Below the pieces are notes generated by a model. It saw nothing but the letters and a program-made list of their open reading frames with translations. It was not told the DNA's origin and did not search any database. A stretch of DNA of 64,000 nt from a virus. Its lineage: Duplodnaviria; Caudoviricetes. The translations under genes and the position numbers were made by a program. The stretch covers positions 23,316-87,315 of the IMG/VR virus record IMGVR_UViG_3300049926_000042; one strand, 5' to 3'. Below, one piece after another: positions 34,736 through 44,900 of this stretch. Position 1 is the first letter of the stretch. Each line of letters begins with the position of its first letter.

Positions 34736-35835
34736 ACCACTATGCGTGACTTCTCCCGGCCGTGCTGGAGCGCGTATGCGTACTCCCAAGCATCAAGCCA
34801 GCGCCAGGCATTCGGTTCCAGCCGGAGACCGTCGGCCACGACACGCCCTCGCTGCGCCAAGTCCTCGCGCAGCTCCGGGCTTTCCTTCAGTCTCTTGATC
34901 GCCTGATACCAGCGACGGGGAGTGTCGGCCAGGATGCCGCACCCGCGCCGGTGCATCCGTTCGTACTCTGCTCGCGGGCTGCCGATCCATGGCACACCGA
35001 GTGCGCTCAGCTCCAGTGGCTTGAGCCATGACTTGGCCGCGTTGAACTTCGTATCAGCCAGTGGGCACAGTCCGATGCCCAGCTCAGCCACCGCACCCGG
35101 CCACTGGTCGACACCGACCGGATCATGGCCCATTGGGTCTGTGGCGAGCCCGAAGGCTGCTCCGCATCCGGTTGCATCACCTATGACCTGAAAGCCGCCA
35201 GGGCCCCCGCCAAACCGCGCCACGGCCCCGCCAAGCACGGAGGGGTCGTCCGGGTGTGAGCCCAGATTGGCAGGCCAGCCCACCAGATCGCTGTCGGTGT
35301 GTGGTACGCCGTAGTAGTGCTTCGGCAGATGGTTGTAGATCACTCGCCCACGGCCGTGTCTGGCATAGACGTCGAGCAGAGCAGGCGTCGAGACCGTGAC
35401 GAGAGTTGCCTCTCGGCAGGACGCGGACAGATTCAGCCAGCTGTTGCGGCTGTAGCTTCCGGTCTGCCGGTTGCGCCTCCATTCATTCTTCGGGTGATAG
35501 CCGTCGTACGCCGGGTTCCGGGGGTTGATCCGGGTGAGGTCGTCGTCGATGTCGACGACAACCGCGATCCCCTTCGCCCTCATGATCGGGATGGCCTCGG
35601 TCATCCACCGGTGGGTGATCCGCTGGAACACGACCACGTCGGCATCCATATCCAGGACGTCCTCGACATAGGCAGCCTTGTCGTTCTGGCTACCGGCGAT
35701 CTTCAGCTTGATGTCACGCCGGTCAGGGGTGCGAAGCTCGACCTTGTGGCCCTGCTCGATCAGTGCCTCGCTCGGCCAGATCATGCGGAAGCTGCCACAT
35801 CCGGTACTGTCGGCCGGATAGACCGTGATCTTCAC
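34732..35835 (-). CDS. Glycosyltransferase, GT-B-like
   Basis: YPADSTGCGSFRMIWP, VVVFQR, VVDIDDDL, and FNAAKSWLKPLELSALGVPWIGSP. Confidence 0.8.
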   Translation of the reverse strand: MKITVYPADSTGCGSFRMIWPSEALIEQGHKVELRTPDRRDIKLKIAGSQNDKAAYVEDVLDMDADVVVFQRITHRWMTEAIPIMRAKGIAVVVDIDDDLTRINPRNPAYDGYHPKNEWRRNRQTGSYSRNSWLNLSASCREATLVTVSTPALLDVYARHGRGRVIYNHLPKHYYGVPHTDSDLVGWPANLGSHPDDPSVLGGAVARFGGGPGGFQVIGDATGCGAAFGLATDPMGHDPVGVDQWPGAVAELGIGLCPLADTKFNAAKSWLKPLELSALGVPWIGSPRAEYERMHRRGCGILADTPRRWYQAIKRLKESPELREDLAQRGRVVADGLRLEPNAWRWLDAWEYAYALQHGREKSRIVV

Positions 35836-36062
35836 TTGCCGGACGTCCCGGCCTTGCCGGTAGCGGAGCCTGCGCGAGCGGTCGTCGACTGCCCACGGGG
35901 AGTAGCGGCAACTGCCGGTGCCTGTGCCTTCTCCAGCGCGCCGACGCGGATGGCGAGATCGTCGACCTTCTTCTCCAGTGCCTTGATCCGGCCGTTGATC
36001 CGGTCGTCCAGGACGGCGAGACCGGCCGCCAGGGCTTGCTCGAACTGCGCGTACAGGGACAT
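35832..36062 (-). CDS. Small coiled-coil protein
   Basis: MSLYAQFEQ...IKALEKKVDDL; lies between the lysin and the glycosyltransferase. Confidence 0.5.
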   Translation of the reverse strand: MSLYAQFEQALAAGLAVLDDRINGRIKALEKKVDDLAIRVGALEKAQAPAVAATPRGQSTTARAGSATGKAGTSGK

Positions 36063-36064
36063 GA

Positions 36065-36985
36065 TCAGGGGCCTTCCGTGACGGTGATGTTGAGCTTGAG
36101 GGTCTCCAGCTTGGCGGCGATCTCCGCCGGAAGCTGGGAGAGATCGATGGCCGCGAGCGTCGCCTTGATCTCGGTGAGCGAAGATCCGTTCATGGCGGCT
36201 TGCGCGAGAGTGTCCCTGGCGGCCTGCTCGGCTGCACTGGCCAGGTCGTACGCACCTCGCAGAACGTTGCGCGGGAGTTGGTTGGCGTTGGTCAGCTTGT
36301 CCGGAGCAGTGTCCGGAGCGGGCATCCTGTCCTGATCCCAGACCTGGCTGTAGACCAGTGCCTTGATCTTCGCGTCCACGATCTTGTTGACCTCTGCGGA
36401 AAACCACGTCTTGTCCGCCGGTGTGAGCGCCACGTCGTCTATCCCTCCAGCCCATGCGAGCATGCTGGCCCGCGAGTCGAATTGTGCCACGTCGTGATCG
36501 ATGCCACCGGCTGTCGAGTACTGGTGGAGCAGCCACGCCGAAGTGATGTTGGGTGATCCGGCCGGATATCCGGCGGTCGCGATCCACAGGCCGTCACCGG
36601 CGAAACTGCTCCGGTCGAGGCTCTTCCAGAAGTAGCCGTTGCAGTAGAGCACGACTCGATGGCCGGTGCGCCCCTGTACGTAGGAGATCCACGCGTCCTT
36701 TTCGGCACTGGACACGCCGGTGTCTTCCCAGTCCAGACAGAGGACGTCTCCCGGGGAGAGAGCCACCTGCGACAGCATGTGATCAGCCTGACTGATCATG
36801 TTGCCGGGCCGGACGAAGTGATAGAAGCCGATCACCAGTCCTGCGTCACGGCCGGTCTGCCGTTGCTGAACCCACTTCGGGTTGACGTACGACGTACCCT
36901 CGGTCAGCTTGATGAACACGAAGTCGATGCCGGATTCCCAGCCGGACGCCGCCTGATAGTTGGAGACATCCACTCCCTTGATCAT
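36065..36985 (-). CDS. Endolysin, GH25 muramidase
   Basis: GVDVSNYQ, FIKLTEG, GFYHF, LDWED, LWIA and HQYS...DHD. Confidence 0.9.
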   Translation of the reverse strand: MIKGVDVSNYQAASGWESGIDFVFIKLTEGTSYVNPKWVQQRQTGRDAGLVIGFYHFVRPGNMISQADHMLSQVALSPGDVLCLDWEDTGVSSAEKDAWISYVQGRTGHRVVLYCNGYFWKSLDRSSFAGDGLWIATAGYPAGSPNITSAWLLHQYSTAGGIDHDVAQFDSRASMLAWAGGIDDVALTPADKTWFSAEVNKIVDAKIKALVYSQVWDQDRMPAPDTAPDKLTNANQLPRNVLRGAYDLASAAEQAARDTLAQAAMNGSSLTEIKATLAAIDLSQLPAEIAAKLETLKLNITVTEGP

Positions 36986-36994
36986 GACCTCTCC

Positions 36995-37540
36995 TCAGAA
37001 CGGGATGACGTGGATCGAGCGGAAGGTGTAGGTGGCCGTTCCCGAGCTGGCCGCGTACTTCGCCTTGAAGGTGTTGTTCCCCGGAGTGAGAGAAGTGGTC
37101 CGGAACCAGCGGGACGTATAGATCGCGAACGTCGTGGTTCCAGGGTTGACCATACCGGCCGCCCACGTGTCCGATGCCGCAATCGTCGTCGCTCCGGACA
37201 CCTCCCAAGACATCTTCGTACTTGGGGTGGCCACTGTGTTCGGGCCAATACGCCCTCCCACAATCACCAGGGCAATGGTGCCGGTGGCGCACGTCACCGA
37301 TGGGCCGGGAGTGGCAGGATCGGCGTAGGTGGCTGACGTCACGGTCTCGCCGGTGGCGACGGTGGCCGTGGCCGGGAGACGCTCCACTACCGCGTTGGCA
37401 GCTGAGGTGACTGGGAAGCTACCCGGCGTCAAGCAGGCAGCAGCCTCCGACACGAGCAGATTGTCCCGGATGTACTGGTTGAACTGAGCTGCCGAGACCA
37501 TGCTTCCGGAGATCGCCGTGTACGGAGATGTCCAGGCCAT
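36995..37540 (-). CDS. Minor tail / fibre-like protein, paralog 3
   Basis: MAWTSP...AAQFNQYIRDNL N-terminus shared with two paralogs. Confidence 0.7.
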   Translation of the reverse strand: MAWTSPYTAISGSMVSAAQFNQYIRDNLLVSEAAACLTPGSFPVTSAANAVVERLPATATVATGETVTSATYADPATPGPSVTCATGTIALVIVGGRIGPNTVATPSTKMSWEVSGATTIAASDTWAAGMVNPGTTTFAIYTSRWFRTTSLTPGNNTFKAKYAASSGTATYTFRSIHVIPF

Positions 37541-37552
37541 GTGATCACCCCC

Positions 37553-38104
37553 TCAGAACGGCAAGACGTTGATGTTACGGACGCTGTAGGTGCCGGTGCC
37601 GGAACTGACCGAGTACTTGGCGGTGAAGGTGTTCAGGCCAGGAGTCAGACCGGTGGCCAGGTACGTCCGGCAGGTGTACACGACCATGGTTGTCGTGCCG
37701 GAGTTGACTTGTCCGGCCGCCCAGTCGTCGGCCGCCGTGATGGACGATGCCCCGCTGATCTCCCAGCTCATCTTCGTGCTCGGAGTGGCGACAGTGTTCG
37801 GGCCGATGCGGCCTCCGACGGTGACCAGAGCAGTGCTGCCGGTAGACAGAGTGACGGTCGGTCCGGCGATCCCATCGTCCAGGTCGGTGTAACTGGTGGA
37901 CGAGGTGACGGAAGACGCGTTGAGAGTCTGCTGACCGATCAGCCGTTCCACGATCTGATTGGTCCCGGCCGTGACGAAGTATCCACCGATATTGGCCGCG
38001 TGCGCCACGGCTGTCTCGTTCAGGTTGTCCCTGACGTAGGTGTTGTACTGAGCGGCCGTGAAGACGCTACCGGCCACCGCCGTCATGGGAGCAGTCCATG
38101 CCAT
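37553..38104 (-). CDS. Minor tail / fibre-like protein, paralog 2
   Basis: MAWTAP...AAQYNTYVRDNL. Confidence 0.7.
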   Translation of the reverse strand: MAWTAPMTAVAGSVFTAAQYNTYVRDNLNETAVAHAANIGGYFVTAGTNQIVERLIGQQTLNASSVTSSTSYTDLDDGIAGPTVTLSTGSTALVTVGGRIGPNTVATPSTKMSWEISGASSITAADDWAAGQVNSGTTTMVVYTCRTYLATGLTPGLNTFTAKYSVSSGTGTYSVRNINVLPF

Positions 38105-38110
38105 GATCAG

Positions 38111-38407
38111 TCACCCCAGATCCGGCTGTTGGGTGACACCCTCGTCGTTGTCCCCGGGAGCAGGGACGAAGCCAGGCTGCCGCTTGTAGATCGCATTCCG
38201 GGTGGCGGTCATGGTCGCCTGGAGAGCCACGTCAGTGGTGACTCCGGCGTCCACCAGAGTCTTGAGGATCACAGCCGTGGTCAGATCGATGGACAGGACA
38301 ATCGCCCGCTGTTCAAGCGGACCCCGGGCGAGGTCGGACCCGAGCTGTCTGGCGATGAACTGCTGAGCGTCCCAGAGCTGATTGACATAGGCGCGAATGG
38401 TGGCCAT
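38111..38407 (-). CDS. Hypothetical tail-region protein
   Basis: GAGGGTGG RBS; lies within the tail module. Confidence 0.55.
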   Translation of the reverse strand: MATIRAYVNQLWDAQQFIARQLGSDLARGPLEQRAIVLSIDLTTAVILKTLVDAGVTTDVALQATMTATRNAIYKRQPGFVPAPGDNDEGVTQQPDLG

Positions 38408-38417
38408 GTTCCACCCT

Positions 38418-38696
38418 CTACGAGATGTAAGAGCCCTCTACGAAAGTGGCTCGGACGGTGTAGTCGGACGGATCATGAGTGCTGGCTGAAACGACGAACG
38501 TAACGGAGGACGGATCCACCGATACGGTCAATAGCTGCGCTCCCCCACTTACGAAGGGGACGCTCGTACTCACCAAATTCCCACTCACCGGGACATACCC
38601 TGCGGGTGCGTTGATCGTCACGGTCCCTGTTGAGGACACCAGATATCCCGGAAGCGTCTCTGTCGCATCGAGACTGGTCACACGGGCGAGCTTCAT
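38418..38696 (-). CDS. Hypothetical beta-rich protein
   Basis: Fills the gap between tail genes; more A/T-ending codons than its neighbours. Confidence 0.45.
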   Translation of the reverse strand: MKLARVTSLDATETLPGYLVSSTGTVTINAPAGYVPVSGNLVSTSVPFVSGGAQLLTVSVDPSSVTFVVSASTHDPSDYTVRATFVEGSYIS

Positions 38697-38706
38697 TGCG
38701 ATCTCC

Positions 38707-39246
38707 TTACAGAGGGATGACGTTGATCTCTCGGAGCTGGAATCCGGCTGTGTTGGATCCGGCCCGGTACTTCATGGTGAAGGTGTTGGACCCGGCGGTC
38801 AGTCCGGTGAAGGTGTGCAAGGTCCCGACCCGGATGTACTGACTGATGGGCAGGCCGTCCACGGACGCCTGCCAGTTGTTGCTGGCCGCGACGGAGGACA
38901 CCCCCGACACGGCGACCGAGCAGGCCGCCTCGCTGTTGGCGGTGGTGTTGGACATGCTCGCGGCGATGGACACGATGGCGATGGTGCCGGTGTTCACCGT
39001 GAACGACGGCCCGACCGTGGTCAGGTCTGTGTACGTGGTGGACGCCGTTGTCTGGAGGGTGACCACACTCGCACTGCCCGGAGCCCTGGCGACGATAGCG
39101 TTCGCCGCTGTACTGATGAACATCTGTGATGCCGCCGTGGCCTTGGCCGTCGGGCACTCGTTGAGGTTGTCCCGGACGTACTGATTGAACTGGGCGGCCG
39201 TGAATGTCGCCCCGGCTACTGCCGTCATCGGACTGGACCATGCCAT
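38707..39246 (-). CDS. Minor tail / fibre-like protein, paralog 1
   Basis: MAWSSP...AAQFNQYVRDNL. Confidence 0.7.
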   Translation of the reverse strand: MAWSSPMTAVAGATFTAAQFNQYVRDNLNECPTAKATAASQMFISTAANAIVARAPGSASVVTLQTTASTTYTDLTTVGPSFTVNTGTIAIVSIAASMSNTTANSEAACSVAVSGVSSVAASNNWQASVDGLPISQYIRVGTLHTFTGLTAGSNTFTMKYRAGSNTAGFQLREINVIPL

Positions 39247-39250
39247 GTCG

Positions 39251-39613
39251 TCACACCTCCAGTCCGTGTGCTTCGTTTTCGGCCTTCAGGTCATCGATTG
39301 TCTGACCGTGGGGGATGCGGAACCGGGTGGCAACATCGTGGTCGGCCGGATACCAGTTGCGGTTGTCAGGCACCGGCCGCTTCATGAGGACGTCCAGGGC
39401 CCGGACCATGAAGTCCTGCGGAGGCCACTCGATCGTTCCCTGCATCCCGCAGTAGGAGCACATATAGAAAGGCCTGGGCTGGATTCGGGGCCCGTTGGGG
39501 ACGACCGGCATCCACAAGAACTCGACGTTGGCGCAGCCCTCGCGGGGGCAGTCGCCGACCCACTCACCGCAGTAGATGTAGGCCTGCGTCCTCGGTGTCA
39601 GTATCTCGGTCAT
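39251..39613 (-). CDS. Cys-rich tail-region protein
   Basis: CPREGCAN...CSYCG...WYP...Q...L..EN..HG; ATG at 39613. Confidence 0.6.
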   Translation of the reverse strand: MTEILTPRTQAYIYCGEWVGDCPREGCANVEFLWMPVVPNGPRIQPRPFYMCSYCGMQGTIEWPPQDFMVRALDVLMKRPVPDNRNWYPADHDVATRFRIPHGQTIDDLKAENEAHGLEV

Positions 39614-39620
39614 GACTCCC

Positions 39621-41990
39621 TCACGTCCCGTATAGGCCGTAGTCGAAACGGCCCTGGTTGGGGTCGTCAAAGATGAAGACGGTTCCCGGCCCGTCAGAGG
39701 TGATCGGGTCGAACACACCTTGATCGAACCCGGACCCCTTGACGTCGAACCGGAAGGGATTCGCGTTGATCACGAGTTCCTTCTCACAGCCGAAGACCAC
39801 GGAATGGATCGGTGGCTTCCCCGTCTGATTGAGCCGATCGATTCTGTGGGTGATCTGCTCGATGAAAAAGTCGTCATTGATCAACATCTCATCGTTGCGG
39901 ATGTGGATCCGGTCGGAGATCATCCGGTTGACGATATGGGCGAAATGCTCCGGGTCGTTAGCTGTCAGTCTGAGCTGGACGGTAGGCCGTCGTTGTGCGT
40001 AATGAAGAATGATCATTCCAGCGATGGCGTAAGCATCCTGAGCGTTGGCCCATGGGGCAGTGTTCGGGTAGGAACGCTCGCCGTGATCAGTGATGGACCC
40101 AGCGTCGGTCCGAGTGACCTTCGTTGTCCGCCTGACCGGAATGGCTTGCGCCCGGAGCTGAAGGTTGGAAACCGTCACTGCTCCGCCGATGGCCAGGAGA
40201 GTCAACGTCACCGACTGTCCGGACGTCCGGGACATGATGATGTTGAGTGTTCCAGCTCCAGTGATCGTGTAGTCGGTGTTCAGTACTGGGGTCACGGCAT
40301 TGATGAACGGGTCAGAGCCGGAGGCGTCGAGGACCCTGGACTCTCCGATGGCCAAGGCGATCGTGTCGTCCGACGTCCAGACGGAGGACAAGAACGCGTC
40401 GGGGGATCGCTCGGCCACGTCGAAACTGACGGAGTTGACGATGTCTCTCCACCCGTGCTGATAGTCGAACGGAGGGGTGAAGCTCAGGCCGGTGGGAGCA
40501 GCAGACGTGCAGTCCCCGAGAGCCTTGGACGAGAACGATCCCTGAGAGTTGATCGAGGGGGTCCGCAGGATTCGATGGTGCCTGTCTCGGAAGACGAATG
40601 TGTTGTCCGGCGAGACATAGGCGATCGATGGCGGTCCCTCGGACAGGACGAGATCCTGTATCGCGCTGAAGGCGCTCGTACCCTCGACCCACCAGAAGGG
40701 AACGATGGTCGCTCCGGGATCGATGTCGCGGCCACCGGCCCAGTTGATCTCATCCAGGATGAACTCGATCAGATCACCGGTGCGCATGGTCATCAGTACT
40801 TCGGTCGAGAGGGTCGACCCGTCGATCAGCTTGAGGCCATCAGAGAAGGTGAAGTCAACGGTCCTGTTCTCGAAATCTGCGTGGATGTTGTAGTCATCCA
40901 CTCGCATCCTGGCGAGGGGGTAGGTGGTCCCCCCGAACACGACCTGGCCTCTCATCTCCCGGGCCGGATCCAAGTCCCCGTACAGCACGCTGGTCGTGTT
41001 CTCAGGGCTGTACTTCCGAGACAGATTCAAGAGGGAAAAGGTGCCGGATCCCACCTTCGTCGGGCTGAGCTGCCTGCTTTGGTCCCGGCCGTACTCGATG
41101 GTCACCCCACCGGACAGGATGTCGGTGGTGACGTCCTCGCCGGTGTCCGACCAGTCGCCGTCACCGTTCCAGTCGATCGCGAACGTGTAGGCGGGCATGC
41201 CGACGCCACAGGCATCCCAGTTGTTGTTGATCTGCGCCGTGGCCGTCGGGTTGAAAGCGTTACCCGTGGACGTCGCAGTCGAGGGGAAGGCGGTGACGGC
41301 GGTCGCGATGGCGGCCGGTCGGATCGCGATCGACCACGCCACGCTGCCTTTCTGAGCGAGGCCGGATGCCGTCGTGGTCCTGATCGTCTGGACCCCGGCC
41401 ACCAAGGCGGCGTTGGAGTCGTACAGGGCCATGGAGAGTTCGCCGAAACCGTCGGTGTCGTCGAACCTCTCGGCATCGGCCCCGGAGCAGGTGAAGGTCC
41501 GGGCGGCGTACGCGGACACGGCCCGCACAGATACGAGCCAGTCGTTAGCGTCAGCCGTCGTGAGCTGAGGATGATCGGCAGCCGCGTTGTCGCCGGTGGT
41601 GAGATAGGTCCCCTTCTCGCCGATCGGGTTAGTGGCGTGGGTGCCGGACCATGCGGTGATGCAGGCGAGAACGTACGGGTCTCCGGTCGGGTAACTGGAG
41701 GTGTCGAACGTCATGCTGACGTTCGCAGGCTCTGCCCCGTTGTCGACCTTCCAGTACACCGAGAGATCCGGATAGGGGTTGGCCCCTGTCTGGTCCCCGA
41801 CGTCACCGCGACCGAGGAAGTTCCATCCGGCCGTGGCCACACCTTCGTGGCTCTGCGAGTCGATCACACAGGTGAGCAGAAGCAAGTCTCCGGAGGCGTG
41901 ACCGGCGGGCATCCCCACGTTCTGCGGGGATCCACCGGCCGACACATCGACCTTCAGGCGTGCGCCGACGGCGCGGAATGCGATGGCCAC
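39621..41990 (-). CDS. Minor tail protein (distal tail / hub)
   Basis: Large beta-rich protein directly after the tape measure; IDWNGDG...EDVT..I...I.YGRD motif. Confidence 0.75.
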   Translation of the reverse strand: MAIAFRAVGARLKVDVSAGGSPQNVGMPAGHASGDLLLLTCVIDSQSHEGVATAGWNFLGRGDVGDQTGANPYPDLSVYWKVDNGAEPANVSMTFDTSSYPTGDPYVLACITAWSGTHATNPIGEKGTYLTTGDNAAADHPQLTTADANDWLVSVRAVSAYAARTFTCSGADAERFDDTDGFGELSMALYDSNAALVAGVQTIRTTTASGLAQKGSVAWSIAIRPAAIATAVTAFPSTATSTGNAFNPTATAQINNNWDACGVGMPAYTFAIDWNGDGDWSDTGEDVTTDILSGGVTIEYGRDQSRQLSPTKVGSGTFSLLNLSRKYSPENTTSVLYGDLDPAREMRGQVVFGGTTYPLARMRVDDYNIHADFENRTVDFTFSDGLKLIDGSTLSTEVLMTMRTGDLIEFILDEINWAGGRDIDPGATIVPFWWVEGTSAFSAIQDLVLSEGPPSIAYVSPDNTFVFRDRHHRILRTPSINSQGSFSSKALGDCTSAAPTGLSFTPPFDYQHGWRDIVNSVSFDVAERSPDAFLSSVWTSDDTIALAIGESRVLDASGSDPFINAVTPVLNTDYTITGAGTLNIIMSRTSGQSVTLTLLAIGGAVTVSNLQLRAQAIPVRRTTKVTRTDAGSITDHGERSYPNTAPWANAQDAYAIAGMIILHYAQRRPTVQLRLTANDPEHFAHIVNRMISDRIHIRNDEMLINDDFFIEQITHRIDRLNQTGKPPIHSVVFGCEKELVINANPFRFDVKGSGFDQGVFDPITSDGPGTVFIFDDPNQGRFDYGLYGT

Positions 41991-41994
41991 CGGA

Positions 41995-44900
41995 TCACCC
42001 CGTTATCGACTTTGGCAGACGGTGGGCATGTGCCAGATCGTCCAAGGCCTTGACGAGCCAGTTCTTGACTTCGGCCTGAGAGCCGATCACTCCGTGATTC
42101 TCCAGAACGATGGTGATCGATCCACCCCCGCCAAGCGCGGATTCCTGAGCAGCGGTGCGAACTGTCTCCGGTCGGCCGGTGCCGTTCCATGCCGCTGTCC
42201 AGCCGGGCATGAGCTTGCCTCCCCGGTCATAGCCACCGGCCCGGTTGAAGGCGTTGGATAGCGACCCGTACCGACTGAGCGCGTAGCGGAAGGACGCGTA
42301 GATGTTGGCGGCCGGGTTGACCGAGACTCCGTAGCTGAAGGGACCGGTGTTGCGATATTTTCCGGCGTATGCCCGGAAGGTACCGGCGATGACCTGCATC
42401 AGGCCGACCGAGGGATGCCCGGCCTTCCAGTTGCTGTCCCACTTGTTGACGATGTTCGGGTTACCACCCGACTCCTGCTGCATCCTGCGGAGCACTGTGT
42501 TGACCAGGCCGGTGGACTGACCGACCATCTGAAGCATGGTGATGACCAGGCTGCGCCAGTGGTTCGCGCCACCCTTGGGAGCACTGCCGCCACCGGCCAC
42601 GCCGGACGCCACCATCGCCATGGGCAGTGAGTTGAACAGAGCCTTCTTATGGAGGTCGATCTCCGCTCGGACCGCCTTGGCCATCGCTCCCTTGATCCGG
42701 TTGTAGCTCGGGATCCCAGTGAAGCGAGCACCCAGTGTGCCGCCGTTGGCGAAGGCCGGGAGATTGCCACTCTTCGCTGCTGCTCGCATGTCGGAGACAG
42801 CACTGTGGCCGCCTGCCCCCTGGACCTCCTTGGCGGACCAGACGTGCTCACCCTTCGACATCAGAACGACGTTGGAGTCTGAGGTCGATGTTCCGGTGGC
42901 ACCCTTCTCGATCGCACCGCCACCGGCCCGGGTGAATATCTTCGTGCCACCCACCGTGCGGAAGCTGACCGGCACGTTGACCGTCTTGCCGCTCACCCCG
43001 CCCAAGGCCTTGTTGACACTGTCGCGGAAGTTCTGGAACGCCCTAACGGCGCTCTTCAGCTTCCCGCCGACACCGGGCACCCATCCGAAGATCTTCGCAG
43101 CACCCTTGAGGATGTTGCCGAACACGTCGAGGACGAAGATCAAAGTGGACCGGAAAGCACGAACCATGCCGTTCTTCATGGCGTTGGCCGCACCGGGGAT
43201 CGTGCTAGTAAAGAAGTGGATGATCGGCTGCACGACGTTCCGGTAGATCGAGTTCCACGCGTCGATGATGAAGCTCTTGGCCTGTCCCCAGTGCTTGATG
43301 ATGTAGACGACGGCGATGCCGAACGGACCACCAAGCATGCCGATCAGGTACGGCCAGTTGACCTTTATCCAGCGCCAGACTGCCTTACCGGCGTCGAGGA
43401 CGGCGTGATAGCCGATCACGAGACCGTCCCAGACAGCTTGCATGGCGTGCCAGACGGCGAACGCGGCGACCTTGATCGCGTTCCACGTGTACTTCCATGC
43501 AGTCTCGAACCAGGTGGTTCGGCCAGCTATGTAGAGGATGGCACCGACCAGGAGACCGACAGCCATGATCACAAGGCCGATCGGGTTGGCCTCCATGGCG
43601 ATGTTCCACGCCCACTGCGCAGCCGTGGCAATGCCCGTCCCGATCGCCTGGATACGCTGCCAGACGACAAGGGCCGCGAGCTGAACCCGAGTCGCGATCA
43701 GTGCTGCGGAGGTGGATCCGATCGAGAGATTCCACACCCACTGAGCGGCAGCCGCGACACCGGCAACGGCCACCATCGCCTTTTCCTGAGCCCACAGGGC
43801 GGCCATCTGGATACGGAGCCCGAGCATCTGCGCTCTGCTCGCGCCGTTGGCTGTGGAGAACGCCCATGTGGCAGCAGCAGCGATGCCGGTATAGACGGCG
43901 TACAACTTCATGCCGATGTAAACCGCCGCGAAGATCCCGAGCAGACCGGCGAACGTACCGATCAAGCCCACCACTACGCCCTGATTGTCGGCAAAGAACC
44001 CCATGAGGGCACCGACCACCGGCAGAAGCTTGGTCCCTATTTGGATCATCAAGACATCGAGAGTCTGCTTCAGCCGCTGCATCCGGGTGTTGAAGAGGTT
44101 CTGAGTGATCGCCCAGCCCTCGACGTCCTTGCTTCCGTTGTGGAAGGACTCGCCGGTCTTCTTGACCCTCTCCTTGAATCCGGCCATGGACTCGCCGGTC
44201 AACTGGAGGATCGTGTTGAGGCCGATGGCACCACCGGACATCTTGCGGAGGGCGTCGGTGTACGTCTTGGCGTCCGGGCCACCGGACTTGAGTTCCCTGC
44301 TGAAGCCATGGGACCGGTCCACCAGAGTCTTGAAGTTGCGGAGCATCGGCGCCTGCCGAACGTCCACGTCCTTCATGTTCTGGTTCCAGTCCTCCAAACT
44401 GATCTTGCCCTCCAGATAGCCCTTCGCTACCTTCTTCAGTTCCGGAGGCATCTTGCCGAGTTCGATCTGAGCGTTCTTGGCGGACTGCTTCGTACCCTCG
44501 AAGGCGGACAAGAGGATCTTGCCACTCGGGCCCATCTTGCTCAGGATGGTGGACGTCAAAAGATCAAAGGTTCCGGTGAGCCCTCGCTTGCCGAGATTCA
44601 TGCTGACGTCATTGGCGGAGAGACCGAAGCGTTGCATCTCTCGCATGGCGACGTTGTTCGGAGCAGCCAGCTGCCGGATCGTCGCGGCGAGTTCCTGAGT
44701 CGCCTCGCGCGCCGACGTACCATGCTGGGTCAGAGTCGCGATGGCACCGCCAACCTCCTCGAAGGAGATCTTGTTGGCGCTGGCGATTGGCAGGACGGTG
44801 GAGAGAGCACTGGAGAACTCCTCCATGGTGATCTTGCCCTCACCGGCCGAGGTCTTCAGGGCGTTCATGACCCGGACGCTGTCGGTCACCTTCAGGTGGT

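Noticed and set aside
36995-39246. Diversity-generating retroelement or shufflon acting on the tail paralogs
   Set aside because: No reverse transcriptase, invertase, inverted crossover sites or adenine-specific TR/VR pair is seen in the window.
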